Sequence record: DRR378314_1610
DNA length: 53,425 bases
Reading direction: 5' to 3' (one strand)
Shown here in pieces: positions 1-9,575 of the stretch. The notes beneath the pieces are model-generated. The model saw nothing but the letters and a program-made list of their open reading frames with translations. It did not search any database and was not told where the DNA came from. Position numbers and translations under genes: made by a program. Within the stretch, counting starts at the first letter, position 1; each line of letters starts with the position of its first letter.

Positions 1-77
1 AACCCGGTCAGGCCCGGAAGGGAGCAGCCGAAGCGGTGGACTTGTGTGCCGGAGTGTCGCTGATGGAGTCACCCCCA
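1..77 (+). ncRNA. ffs: Signal recognition particle 4.5S RNA, 3' portion (5' end outside the window)
   Basis: Conserved domain IV motif GGTCAGGCCCGGAAGGGAGCAGCC at 6-29, followed by TGTGCCGG and a closing ...CACCCCCA; lies just upstream of dnaX, a common linkage. Confidence 0.93.
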
Positions 78-190
78 GATTTCTTGATTGTACGCCCCCG
101 ATTAACCCTCCCCGATTGCTGCTTGTTGGCTTCTTCTAACACCCTGACCGTGCTATGGTTAAACCCATTTTTAACGGCAGTTGGCAGAAC

Positions 191-2083
191 ATGAGCTACC
201 AGGTACTTGCCCGCAAGTGGCGCCCCCGGACATTCGAAGATATGGTCGGCCAGGAGCATGTGCTCCAGGCACTGATCCACGCCCTGGACAACCAGCGGCT
301 GCACCACGCCTATCTGTTTACCGGCACTCGAGGCGTGGGCAAAACCACCATCGGCCGATTGCTGGCCCGATGCCTGAACTGCGAAACCGGCGTCACCGCC
401 ACCCCCTGCGGAACGTGCTCCAGCTGCCAGGAGATCCAGGAAGGGCGATTTGTTGATCTGATTGAAATCGACGCAGCGTCCCGCACTGGCGTGGATGATA
501 TGCGGGAGCTCACCGATAACGTCCAGTACTCGCCGACCCGTGGCCGCTTTAAGGTGTACCTCATTGACGAGGTGCATATGTTGACGAATCAGTCCTTCAA
601 CGCCTTCCTCAAGACCCTTGAAGAACCCCCGGAACACGTCAAGTTCCTGCTGGCCACAACAGACCCCCAGAAGCTGCCTGTTACCGTGTTGTCCCGCTGC
701 CTGCAGTTCAACCTCAAGCGCATGACTCCGGAACACATTGCCGGGCATCTGCGCCATGTGCTGACGCAGGAAGGTATTCCTTTCGAGGAACCGGCCCTGT
801 GGCTGCTGGCACGTGCCGCGGATGGCAGTATGAGGGACGCCCTGAGCCTGACGGACCAGGCCATCGCCTTCGGCAATCAGACGCTCAGTGGAAGTGATGT
901 CAGCAACATGCTCGGCACGATTGACCAGAGCGATATCGAGAACCTGGTGAATGCGCTGGTTGAAGACAACGGGCCCGCGCTGCTGTCCGAAATCAACCGC
1001 ATTTCCGATTTCGCGCCGGATTACAGCGTGATCCTGGCGGACCTGCTGTCGCTGTTCCATCGCGTCACCATGGAGCAGGTGGTGCCAGGAAGTGTCGATA
1101 ATGCTCTTGGGGATGCTGCGCAAGTGGAATCCCTGGCGCGCCGGCTGAGCGCGGAAGATGCGCAACTGTTCTACCAGGCCGCGCTCATGGGCCGGAAGGA
1201 CCTGGCGGTTACGCCGGATGCCCGCATGGGGTTCGAGATGACGCTACTGCGGATGCTGGCCTTCCGGCCTGGCACCGACCGTCGTGAACCGCCCGTGGCG
1301 GCCTCCGGGAGTTCATCGTCCGACCAGGAGTCCCGGGAAGACCCCGAGCCTGGCCCTGCGGCAGCGGAGAAAGAAACCGCAGCGATTCAGCCCGAACAAA
1401 CGCCTGAACCGGAGCCAGAACCGCAAGTCGCACCGGAGCCGGAGCCCCAGGAGCCTGTGCCGGAATCCCGGCCGGCACCTGCGCCAGAAGAGACTGACGA
1501 CACCTGGCTGGCGAGCCTGGACGAAGCGGCTGAATCCGCAGCCGCCGAAGCTGCCAGCGCTGAGGATTACGAGCCCGAGCCAGTAGCGCCGGAACCGGAG
1601 TACGCCGAAGAGCCCCGGGCCGAGACGCCTCAGGTAGAATGGTCAGATCCGGCCGCACCGATGGATCCGGTTGAAGAACGCCCGGACACCGGTGAGTTCG
1701 TCTGGGAACGCGATTTCCGTGGCTTGGGCATTGTTGGTATGCCGGGCAACCTTGCCAGCAACGCCGCCATGACCCGCAACGGCGATGAGATCGTACTGAC
1801 CATTGACGAAGGCCACGCACGGTTGCTGAACGCCCGCCATGAAGAAAAAATCCTGGAGGCGTTGAGGAATCGGTTTGGCGCCACCATAACCCTGCGTGTG
1901 GAAGAGGGTGATGCGGGCGGCAAAACCCCGGCCGCCTGGGAAGAGCGCCAGCGGCAGGCACGTCAGGCGGCGGCCGAAGAGTCGATTCGCAATGATCCCG
2001 CGGTGCAGTCGATTGTTGAACGATTTGAGGCCCGCGTCGTCGAAAACAGTATCCGGCCGCCGAGTCAGGCGAAGTCCGGATAG
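191..2083 (+). CDS. dnaX: DNA polymerase III subunit gamma/tau
   Basis: MSYQVLARKWRP start, Walker A GTRGVGKT, Zn motif CGTCSSC, DEVHML, SRC motif; acidic Pro/Glu linker and tau C-terminal domain. Start moved from 155 to the ATG at 191. Confidence 0.97.
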   Translation: MSYQVLARKWRPRTFEDMVGQEHVLQALIHALDNQRLHHAYLFTGTRGVGKTTIGRLLARCLNCETGVTATPCGTCSSCQEIQEGRFVDLIEIDAASRTGVDDMRELTDNVQYSPTRGRFKVYLIDEVHMLTNQSFNAFLKTLEEPPEHVKFLLATTDPQKLPVTVLSRCLQFNLKRMTPEHIAGHLRHVLTQEGIPFEEPALWLLARAADGSMRDALSLTDQAIAFGNQTLSGSDVSNMLGTIDQSDIENLVNALVEDNGPALLSEINRISDFAPDYSVILADLLSLFHRVTMEQVVPGSVDNALGDAAQVESLARRLSAEDAQLFYQAALMGRKDLAVTPDARMGFEMTLLRMLAFRPGTDRREPPVAASGSSSSDQESREDPEPGPAAAEKETAAIQPEQTPEPEPEPQVAPEPEPQEPVPESRPAPAPEETDDTWLASLDEAAESAAAEAASAEDYEPEPVAPEPEYAEEPRAETPQVEWSDPAAPMDPVEERPDTGEFVWERDFRGLGIVGMPGNLASNAAMTRNGDEIVLTIDEGHARLLNARHEEKILEALRNRFGATITLRVEEGDAGGKTPAAWEERQRQARQAAAEESIRNDPAVQSIVERFEARVVENSIRPPSQAKSG

Positions 2084-2141
2084 GGGTGCGGTTGGCGCCA
2101 CAGGGTGGCAACTGTCCAAGGCAATTTTGTAAAAGGTGAGC

Positions 2142-2465
2142 ATGATGAACAATATGGGCGACCTGATGAAAAAGGCCCAGCAGATGCAGGAAGAAATGAA
2201 GAAGGCCCAGGAAGAGGCCGCCAAAGCCGAGATTACCGGGGAAGCCGGTGCGGGCCTGGTAAAGGTGACCATGAATGGTCGTCATGATGTGAGGAAAGTG
2301 GATATCGATCCGTCCCTGCTGAGCGAAGACAAGGAAATTCTGGAAGATTTGTTGGCAGCGGCTATTAATGACGCCGTTCGCCGTGTCGAGGAAAACCAGA
2401 AAGACAAAATGTCCGGAATGATGTCCGGTATGGGTATGCCCCCGGGCTTCAAGATGCCGTTCTGA
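2142..2465 (+). CDS. ybaB: YbaB/EbfC nucleoid-associated protein
   Basis: MKKAQQMQE...[10 protein letters not shown]...[12 protein letters not shown]; located between dnaX and recR; AAGGTGAG SD before ATG 2142. Confidence 0.95.
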   Translation: MMNNMGDLMKKAQQMQEEMKKAQEEAAKAEITGEAGAGLVKVTMNGRHDVRKVDIDPSLLSEDKEILEDLLAAAINDAVRRVEENQKDKMSGMMSGMGMPPGFKMPF

Positions 2466-2478
2466 TCGAGGATAGCTG

Positions 2479-3081
2479 ATGGCTTTTAGTCCGTTGGTAG
2501 ACGAGTTGGTGGAATCGCTACGCTGTCTGCCTGGCGTCGGTCAGAAAACGGCCCAGCGTATGGCCTTTCATCTGCTGGAGCGTGGTCGCTCAGGCGGTTC
2601 CCGGCTTTCAGATGCGCTCGAGCGTGCCATGACCGGCGTGCGTCGTTGTGAGAGTTGCCAGAACTTCGCCGATACGCCCACCTGCAATATCTGCGAAAAC
2701 CCTGAGCGACGTAACGGCACGCTCTGTGTGGTGGAAAGCCCGTCCGATCTTCTGGCCATTGAGCAGGCCGGCGACTATCGCGGCAGCTACTTCGTGTTGA
2801 TGGGGCACCTGTCTCCCATCGACGGTGTGGGCCCCGAGGAAATTGGTATTGAGCGTTTGCTGAAGCGAATCCATGACGAAGGGGTTACCGAGCTCATTCT
2901 CGCAACCAACCCGACCGTTGAAGGTGAAGCAACCGCCCACTACATCGCCGACAGGCTGGATGGCCGCAATATCCTGATTACCCGTCTTGCCCATGGTATC
3001 CCCGTGGGTGGCGAACTGGGTTACGTTGACGGATTTACACTGACCCATGCCTTCCGTGGCCGCAAACCCCTGACTGACTAA
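2479..3081 (+). CDS. recR: Recombination mediator RecR
   Basis: [11 protein letters not shown] HhH, C4 zinc finger, Toprim [24 protein letters not shown]. Confidence 0.97.
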   Translation: MAFSPLVDELVESLRCLPGVGQKTAQRMAFHLLERGRSGGSRLSDALERAMTGVRRCESCQNFADTPTCNICENPERRNGTLCVVESPSDLLAIEQAGDYRGSYFVLMGHLSPIDGVGPEEIGIERLLKRIHDEGVTELILATNPTVEGEATAHYIADRLDGRNILITRLAHGIPVGGELGYVDGFTLTHAFRGRKPLTD

Positions 3082-3099
3082 ACCTGACCGGGCCTTTTT

Positions 3100-4248
3100 A
3101 TGGATTCCAATACCCCGGCCGCAACCGTTCCTGCGGCTCCCGACACAATTACCTGGATTCGGGATCCGAACGACCTGGATCACTGGCTTGCCGAAGGGCA
3201 GGGCGAGCCGCTGGCATTGGATACCGAGTTCGAACGGGTAAACACCTTCTTCCCGATTCCGGGCCTGGTCCAGCTTGGACTCGGGCAGCGTTTCTGCCTG
3301 GTGGATCCTTCGGTTGCCGAGGCCTCCCAGGGATTCCGCAGCGCGCTGATCGATCCCGGCACCCCAAAGCTGCTGTACGCCATGAGCGAAGACCTGGAGC
3401 TTTTCCGCCACTGGTTGCAACTTGAGCCAGAGGGGGTGATAGACCTGCAGATTGGTGCTGCCCTGGCCGGTGCCGGCTTTTCCGTCGGCTACGCCCGACT
3501 GGTGGAAACCCTGTTCGGCGAGTCGCTGGATAAATCCGCGACGCGCTCGGATTGGGTCTCACGCCCGCTTTCTCCGGCGCAGGAGCGCTACGCTCTGGAC
3601 GACGTCCGCTTCCTTGTTCCGCTGTATCGCTGGGTGACCCAGCGCTTGAAGGAACGGGGCCTTGAGGAGGCACTTTCCGACGAATCCGCCCGGTTCTCAA
3701 AAGAATTGGCAAACCAGGACAACCCCGATAGCCACTACCTGAAGCTGCGTGGCGGCTGGACGCTGAGTCGCCAACAGCAAGGGGTGCTGAAAAGCCTGGT
3801 GTGTTGGCGGGAACATGAGTCGCGCGCCAGGAATCGACCCCGTAATCGGGTCGTGGCAGACCCGCTGCTGATCGCCATTGCGCAGAGGTTGCCGGCGACC
3901 GTTCGCGACCTGTCAGGCATCCAGGGCGTTCCTTCGGCAGTGGTGAGGCGCTACGGCGATACTATTATTGACAGGGTTGCGCAGGCATCGACCGCGGACA
4001 ATTCCGGCATTGATGTTATATCCGCCCCCCTGAGCCGCCAGGACCAGATGTTCTATAAGCAACTCAAGCGCCTCATGGTGAAGGCGGCGGAGGAGCAGGA
4101 CGTCCCGGTGGAACTGCTGGCACCCAGGAAACGTCTTGAAGCCGTTGTACAACAACGAAATCTGGCCGTTGGGCTGTTTGACGAGGGCTGGCGCCGAGAC
4201 ATCCTTGCACCAGTACGGGAACAGATTGAGGAACTACTGACATCATGA
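3100..4248 (+). CDS. rnd: Ribonuclease D
   Basis: DEDDy exonuclease motifs ALDTEF, SEDLE, SDWVSRPLS, YALDDV, plus HRDC-like C-terminal region. Confidence 0.92.
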   Translation: MDSNTPAATVPAAPDTITWIRDPNDLDHWLAEGQGEPLALDTEFERVNTFFPIPGLVQLGLGQRFCLVDPSVAEASQGFRSALIDPGTPKLLYAMSEDLELFRHWLQLEPEGVIDLQIGAALAGAGFSVGYARLVETLFGESLDKSATRSDWVSRPLSPAQERYALDDVRFLVPLYRWVTQRLKERGLEEALSDESARFSKELANQDNPDSHYLKLRGGWTLSRQQQGVLKSLVCWREHESRARNRPRNRVVADPLLIAIAQRLPATVRDLSGIQGVPSAVVRRYGDTIIDRVAQASTADNSGIDVISAPLSRQDQMFYKQLKRLMVKAAEEQDVPVELLAPRKRLEAVVQQRNLAVGLFDEGWRRDILAPVREQIEELLTS

Positions 4249-4538
4249 CCGAAAAGACCTTTGTATCGGTGTTTCGCAGCAGTAAGAAACCCGATACCTA
4301 CCTCTATGTTCGACGGGGACAAACCTGGGATGACCTGCCGGAAAGCCTGCGGGGCATATTTGGCCAGCCGATCCATGCCATGGATCTGATCATGACGCCG
4401 GATCGGAAGCTTGCCCGAACCTCGGGCAAGCGGGTGCTGGAGGCTATTGCGGACAAGGATTTCTTCCTGCAGATGCCCGAGGAATCCAGCGGCTACGTCG
4501 TGGATTTTCGCCGCAAACCGGAGCCTGGCCGAGAATGA
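4245..4538 (+). CDS. ycgL: YcgL domain protein
   Basis: SVFRSSKKPDTYLYV...FFLQMP family pattern; ATGA overlap with rnd. Confidence 0.88.
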   Translation: MTEKTFVSVFRSSKKPDTYLYVRRGQTWDDLPESLRGIFGQPIHAMDLIMTPDRKLARTSGKRVLEAIADKDFFLQMPEESSGYVVDFRRKPEPGRE

Positions 4539-4981
4539 TTGCAGAGATTCCGTTCTGGCAACGCAAGCGTCTCCATGAGATGACCGCCAAGGAATGGGAG
4601 TCCCTGTGTGACGGATGCGGAAAGTGCTGTCTGGCCAAGCTGGAAGACGAAGACACCGGCGACGTCTACTACACTGAACTGGTGTGCCGCTATATGGAGC
4701 AGGACACCTGCCAGTGCAGTGTGTATTCCGAGCGGCTTGAGAAGGTGCCTGCGTGTACAGTGCTGACACCGGATACACTGAACGACTACCATTGGCTGCC
4801 GTACACCTGCGCCTACCGTACTCTGGCGGAAGGCCGTGCACTGGCGGACTGGCACCCGCTGCGTTCCGGTGACCCGGATACGGTTCATGAAGCGGGTGTA
4901 TCGGTGCGCAACCGTGTGATCTCGGAAGCCGATGTGCCGGAAGACGATTGGGAAGAACACATTATTCACTGGATCCTTTGA
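4535..4981 (+). CDS. ycgN: YcgN-family cysteine-cluster (CxxCxxCC) protein
   Basis: PFWQRKRL...WESLCDGCGKCC...WLPYTCAYR...WHPL. Confidence 0.9.
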   Translation: MIAEIPFWQRKRLHEMTAKEWESLCDGCGKCCLAKLEDEDTGDVYYTELVCRYMEQDTCQCSVYSERLEKVPACTVLTPDTLNDYHWLPYTCAYRTLAEGRALADWHPLRSGDPDTVHEAGVSVRNRVISEADVPEDDWEEHIIHWIL

Positions 4982-5325
4982 TGATAGACGCTGAAACAAA
5001 CCTCGCATACGGAATCTTCTGGGCGCTGTACGCCGTTGCCTTTGTGGTTTTCTTCTACACCGTATCCCGTTTATTCCGGGTTATACCGGTTTACGCCATT
5101 CGCACGCTCTTGCAGGCTGCGTTGATTGTCATCCTGCTGACGCCCGTGGAATCCGGGGAGGTGGCGGGTTGGTGGATGCCCGCCTGGCTACACGGCGGCT
5201 ACGAAACCATACTGGGTGATGCCACCAACGCGGGCCGGGCATTTGTGAACCTGGGTATCGCATCGTTGGTGATGGTGCTGGTCTGGGTTCTCGACCTCGT
5301 CAGATACCGTCTTGTAAAGCGCTGA
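4981..5325 (+). CDS. Small membrane protein (about 3 TM helices), unknown function
   Basis: Three hydrophobic segments; ATG 4981 overlaps the ycgN stop (TGATG). Confidence 0.7.
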   Translation: MIDAETNLAYGIFWALYAVAFVVFFYTVSRLFRVIPVYAIRTLLQAALIVILLTPVESGEVAGWWMPAWLHGGYETILGDATNAGRAFVNLGIASLVMVLVWVLDLVRYRLVKR

Positions 5326-5370
5326 GCCTGTTCTCAATCCGCTACCCGCTACCCGCATGGAGCCGCCCTG

Positions 5371-7341
5371 ATGCGACAACTTCTGAGCTGCTTGTTGATC
5401 CTTTTCCTGGCCCAGCCTCTCTTGATATCGGCCCAGCAGGCGCCGACATTGGAGCTACCGGAAAGTGCCGATGTCCGCATTATTGTGGACATCTCCGGCT
5501 CCATGAAAACCAATGATCCGAATAATCTGCGGCGCCCCGCCGTCCGGTTGTTGGCTCGTATGCTGCCGTCGGAGGCCAGTGCAGGGGTTTGGACCTTCGG
5601 GCAGTACGTCAACATGCTGGTGCCCCATGGCAAAGTCACAGAGGACTGGCGGGGGCTAGCTATCGAGCGCTCGGATGAGATCAATTCAGTGGCCCTTCGG
5701 ACCAATCTGGGGGAGGCGATCCAGGTTGCCAGTGACGACTACCTTCTGGGTACGGACGATCTTGGAAACACCGACTTTATCCTGCTCACGGATGGCAAAG
5801 TGGATATCTCCGACAACGAGAGCGCCAATGACCGCGAGCGTGAGCGGATTCTGGAGCCGTTACTGGAGACATTGAGCAGCCGCGGCGCCACCATCCACAC
5901 GGTCGCCTTGTCCGAGGAGGCCGATCTCGAATTATTGAAGGCCCTGGCAGAAGCAACGGATGGCCGATATGCCTTGGCATCTTCAGCCGACGCATTGACC
6001 CTGGCCTTTCTTGAGGCCCTCAACACGGCTGTACCTCAGCAACAGATTCCCATTGAGGGCAACGGGTTCCAGGTGGACAGCGGCGTGGAGGAATTCACTG
6101 CGCTGATTTTTCGCGCGGGTGATGAATCCGCCGCCAACCGCACACTGGAACTGGTGAGCCCCGGCGGCACCGAAGCCGGGCCGGAGTCCGTTCTTGAGGG
6201 AATGCGTTGGGTCCGCGAAACGGAGTACGACCTGATTACCGTCACCGATCCTGAGGCGGGTGACTGGACGATCAACGGCGAGTTGGGTGAGGGCAGTCGG
6301 GTCACGGTGGTCAGCGACCTGAGGATGGTTGTGAGCCCGGTTCCACCGACATTCACAGAGGAGGAGCCGATCACTCTTCAGGTTGCCTTCTTTGAGGAAG
6401 ACCAGAAAATTGAAAACCCGGACTTCCTGGGTGTTATCGAGGTAAGTGTGGCTCTAACCTCAGAAGACGGGCGCAGTGGCACCAAAGTGTTGTCTCCGGA
6501 TCAGCCGCCGCAGGACGGCGTGTATACCGACTCTATCACACGCCTGCCCGGTGGCGGAGAGTACCAGCTCAGTATCATTGCCGACGGCCAGACCTTCTCC
6601 AGACGCTTTAGCGCTGTCACCCGATTCATTCCGCCGGAAGGGCCTCCTCAGGAAGTCCCGGCGATGGACAGTGAAGCGCAGGAGAGCTCTCCCGAGTCAG
6701 AGATGGAGACCGCTCCCGAGCCGGAGACAGAGCCACCCGTATCCGATGTCGGACCGATCGATATCAGTCAGGTTGAGGAGCCCGATCCGCTGCCTGTCGA
6801 GGAACCGCCTGCTGATAAGGAGGCGCCGGAACCGGAGGCCCCGTCCGACAATGACGAGGCGGCGGGTATGCCTTTGTGGATGATGGGCGCTGCTGGTGGT
6901 CTTGGCCTGTTGGTTGTTGCGGGGGCAGCGTTCCTGTGGCTGAAGCGGAAAAAAGCTGCGCAGGACCAGGATCCAGATGAGGACGGCGAACCACCGCTTG
7001 TTGCAGAGCCGGCACCGGAGGCGGAAACCATTGTTGAACCCGATCCGGAGCCGGATCAAAACTCGGAAGACGTGGCTGAAGAGATACCTGACGAGCCACC
7101 TGAAGTAATACCTGAACCGGAGCCGGAACCGGAACAGGTGCCGGAGCTTGATCAGGACGAAGCGCTGCCAGAGGACGATATTCCCGTTGCTGAGGAAGAG
7201 GTCGAGGACGGTGAAGACGAGTTCGGCCTCGAGGATTTTGATCTCTCGGAATTCGACGATCTGCCAGACGCCGGCGAGGAGAGTGAGTCCGGAGCCGACG
7301 ATGAACCCGATAATAATGAGGATGACGGGAAGGACCGGTAA
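5371..7341 (+). CDS. Exported VWA-domain protein with C-terminal TM anchor and acidic tail
   Basis: Signal peptide, MIDAS DISGSM plus LLTDG, beta-rich middle, Pro/Glu linker, TM LWMMGAAGGLGLLVVAGAAFLWL followed by KRKK, D/E-rich tail. Confidence 0.85.
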   Translation: MRQLLSCLLILFLAQPLLISAQQAPTLELPESADVRIIVDISGSMKTNDPNNLRRPAVRLLARMLPSEASAGVWTFGQYVNMLVPHGKVTEDWRGLAIERSDEINSVALRTNLGEAIQVASDDYLLGTDDLGNTDFILLTDGKVDISDNESANDRERERILEPLLETLSSRGATIHTVALSEEADLELLKALAEATDGRYALASSADALTLAFLEALNTAVPQQQIPIEGNGFQVDSGVEEFTALIFRAGDESAANRTLELVSPGGTEAGPESVLEGMRWVRETEYDLITVTDPEAGDWTINGELGEGSRVTVVSDLRMVVSPVPPTFTEEEPITLQVAFFEEDQKIENPDFLGVIEVSVALTSEDGRSGTKVLSPDQPPQDGVYTDSITRLPGGGEYQLSIIADGQTFSRRFSAVTRFIPPEGPPQEVPAMDSEAQESSPESEMETAPEPETEPPVSDVGPIDISQVEEPDPLPVEEPPADKEAPEPEAPSDNDEAAGMPLWMMGAAGGLGLLVVAGAAFLWLKRKKAAQDQDPDEDGEPPLVAEPAPEAETIVEPDPEPDQNSEDVAEEIPDEPPEVIPEPEPEPEQVPELDQDEALPEDDIPVAEEEVEDGEDEFGLEDFDLSEFDDLPDAGEESESGADDEPDNNEDDGKDR

Positions 7342-7389
7342 TCGGCGGTTAATACGACCGAGGCCCTTATCAGAACGCCTTCGGTTCTC

Positions 7390-7423
7390 TATACTTTGAG
7401 GCTGTTTTCAAACAGACGTTTAA
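7390..7423 (+). promoter_or_regulatory. Putative -10 (TATACT) followed by PsrA-like operator TTCAAACAGACGTTTAA
   Basis: TATACT at 7390-7395; CAAAC-N4-GTTTA palindrome at 7409-7422, upstream of the MoxR gene. Confidence 0.5.
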
Positions 7424-7450
7424 CCGTTAATCGAACAGGACACTATCAGC

Positions 7451-8293
7451 ATGAAGTTTACCGGTACCGAGAAATACGTAGCCACTGATGACCTGCAGAT
7501 GGCAGTCAACGCAGCCATAACGCTGCAACGCCCGCTACTGATCAAGGGTGAGCCCGGCACCGGTAAAACCCTGCTGGCGGAAGAAATGGCGTCGGCGCTC
7601 GGCATGCGCCTGATTCCATGGCACATCAAATCCACCACCAAGGCCCAACAGGGGCTTTACGAATACGACGCGGTCTCCCGTCTGCGGGACTCCCAGCTTG
7701 GTGATGAGAAGGTCAAAGACATCAGCAACTACATCGTCAAGGGCAAGCTGTGGGAAGCGTTTGAAGCCGACGAGCAGGTGGTGCTGTTGATAGATGAAAT
7801 CGACAAGGCGGATATCGAGTTTCCCAACGATCTCCTGCTGGAACTCGATCGCATGGAATTCTTCGTGTACGAAACACAACAGTCCGTGCGTGCCAAATAT
7901 CGTCCTATCATTGTGATCACCAGCAACAATGAGAAGGAACTTCCGGATGCCTTTTTGCGCCGCTGTTTCTTCCACTACATCAGCTTCCCGGACCACGATA
8001 CCATGAAGAGCATCGTGGACGTGCACTTCCCGGGCTTGCAGCAGCAGGTGGTTCGGGACGCTCTGGAAGTCTTCTTCGACGTCCGCAAGGTACCAGGGCT
8101 GAAGAAAAAGCCGTCCACCTCGGAATTGATTGATTGGCTCAAACTGCTGATGGCGGATGAGCTGTCTGCGAAAATGCTGCAGGAGAAGGACACCAGTTCT
8201 GCCTTGCCGCCGCTCTATGGCGCGCTGGTGAAGAACGAGCAGGATGTCCACCTGTTGCAGAAACTGGCCTTCATGGCCCGTCGTCGCAGCTGA
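7451..8293 (+). CDS. MoxR-family AAA+ ATPase
   Basis: Walker A GEPGTGKT, Walker B LLIDEIDK, ITSNNEKELPDAFLRRC. Confidence 0.92.
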   Translation: MKFTGTEKYVATDDLQMAVNAAITLQRPLLIKGEPGTGKTLLAEEMASALGMRLIPWHIKSTTKAQQGLYEYDAVSRLRDSQLGDEKVKDISNYIVKGKLWEAFEADEQVVLLIDEIDKADIEFPNDLLLELDRMEFFVYETQQSVRAKYRPIIVITSNNEKELPDAFLRRCFFHYISFPDHDTMKSIVDVHFPGLQQQVVRDALEVFFDVRKVPGLKKKPSTSELIDWLKLLMADELSAKMLQEKDTSSALPPLYGALVKNEQDVHLLQKLAFMARRRS

Positions 8294-8315
8294 AATTCAG
8301 CAAGAGCAGCACCCT

Positions 8316-9494
8316 ATGTTGATTGATTTCTTTCTCGAAGTCCGGCGAGCCAAGGTGCCCGCCAGTCTGCGCGAATTTCTGGATTTGCTGGAAGCCCTGC
8401 AGAACCGGCTCGCCTTTGCGAACATGGAAGAGTTCTACTATCTGGCCCGGGTATGCCTGGTCAAGGATGAGCGTCATTTCGACAAGTTCGACCGAGCGTT
8501 TCAGACTTATTTCGAGGGCATTGAAAACCTCGATGACCTGATGCAGGCGTTGATTCCGGATGACTGGCTGCGAGCAGAGTTTGAAAAGCAGTTGTCCGAG
8601 GAGGACAAGGCCAAGATCGACTCCCTTGGTGGGCTGGAAGAGCTGATCGAGACCTTCAAGAAACGCATGGAAGAGCAGAAGGAACGGCATCAGGGCGGAA
8701 ACAAATGGATTGGCACCGGTGGAACGTCGCCCTTCGGCGCCAACGGCTACAATCCGGAAGGTTTTCGCATTGGCCAGAACAAGGGCCGTCACGGCCGCGC
8801 CGTCAAAGTCTGGGAGAAACGCGAGTTCAAGGACCTGGACGACAGCGTTACCCTGGGCATCCGCAACATCAAGGTCGCCATGCGTCGGTTGCGGAAATTT
8901 GCCCGCCAGGGTGCCGCGGATCAGCTCGATATGGACGATACTATCCGTTCTACCGCGCGCAACGCCGGGTACCTGGATCTGAAAATGGTTCCCGAGCGGC
9001 ACAATGCGGTCAAAGTGCTGATCTTCTTCGACGTGGGGGGCTCCATGGACCCACACGTGCGGGTGTGCGAAGAGCTTTTCTCGGCGGCCCGGCTTGAGTT
9101 CAAGCACATGGAGTACTTTTACTTCCACAACTTCATCTACGAAAGCGTCTGGAAAAACAACATCCGCCGGATGAACGAAACGACGAGCACCTGGGATATC
9201 CTTCACAAGTACACGCCGGACTACAAAGTGATCTTTGTGGGGGACGCCACCATGGCGCCCTATGAGGTTTCACACCCCGGAGGCTCGATCGAGCATTGGA
9301 ATGAGGAAGCGGGCGCAACGTGGTTCCAGCGTATTACCGACCACTTCCGCAAGGTGGTGTGGATCAACCCATTGCCCGAGAGTTACTGGGGCTCGGGTGG
9401 GTCGCTCGGTATGACACGCCAGCTGGTGAACGACCACATGTACCCGTTGACCATTGAAGGCCTGGAATCGGCCATGAAGCAATTGAGCAAGTAA
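8316..9494 (+). CDS. VWA-domain (CoxE-like) partner of the MoxR ATPase
   Basis: WIGTGGTSPFG, MIDAS-like DVGGSM, FVGDATMAPYE; directly downstream of MoxR; start at ATG 8316. Confidence 0.88.
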   Translation: MLIDFFLEVRRAKVPASLREFLDLLEALQNRLAFANMEEFYYLARVCLVKDERHFDKFDRAFQTYFEGIENLDDLMQALIPDDWLRAEFEKQLSEEDKAKIDSLGGLEELIETFKKRMEEQKERHQGGNKWIGTGGTSPFGANGYNPEGFRIGQNKGRHGRAVKVWEKREFKDLDDSVTLGIRNIKVAMRRLRKFARQGAADQLDMDDTIRSTARNAGYLDLKMVPERHNAVKVLIFFDVGGSMDPHVRVCEELFSAARLEFKHMEYFYFHNFIYESVWKNNIRRMNETTSTWDILHKYTPDYKVIFVGDATMAPYEVSHPGGSIEHWNEEAGATWFQRITDHFRKVVWINPLPESYWGSGGSLGMTRQLVNDHMYPLTIEGLESAMKQLSK

Positions 9495-9525
9495 AAAAAA
9501 GCCGATGCGGTTGAGGGCATCGGCT
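9493..9525 (-). terminator. Intrinsic terminator oriented for minus-strand transcription
   Basis: Minus strand reads AGCCGATGC-CCTCAACC-GCATCGGCT followed by a T tract. Confidence 0.75.
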
Positions 9526-9542
9526 AAGCTCGGCATATCAAA

Positions 9543-9575
9543 CGGGGTGGCCAAAGGCTGCCCCGCGTTTTTATT
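9543..9575 (+). terminator. Possible intrinsic terminator of the MoxR/VWA operon
   Basis: CGGGGTGGCC-AAA-GGCTGCCCCG hairpin followed by CGTTTTTATT. Confidence 0.55.

Noticed and set aside
1390-1620. CCGGAG/CCGGAA-rich repeats in dnaX, the VWA protein and the TonB-like gene
   Set aside because: They simply encode Pro-Glu linkers; there is no repeat-spacer periodicity, so not CRISPR or a mobile repeat.
1290-1860. Programmed -1 frameshift in dnaX producing gamma
   Set aside because: No A-AAA-AAG heptamer or long A run found after domain III. GAG AAA GAA near 1367-1375 and the A6 near 1845-1850 do not fit the known signal.
8-2285. Long antisense ORFs opposite dnaX (8-1165, 1209-2285), and similar ones opposite fadD, hrpA, the patatin and aroC
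   Set aside because: Shadow ORFs expected from GC-rich codon bias; they have no recognisable motifs and overlap well-supported genes.
7451-9494. MoxR/VWA pair as an anti-phage defence system
   Set aside because: It sits among core genes with typical composition and has no nuclease or effector gene; it matches a housekeeping chaperone pair.
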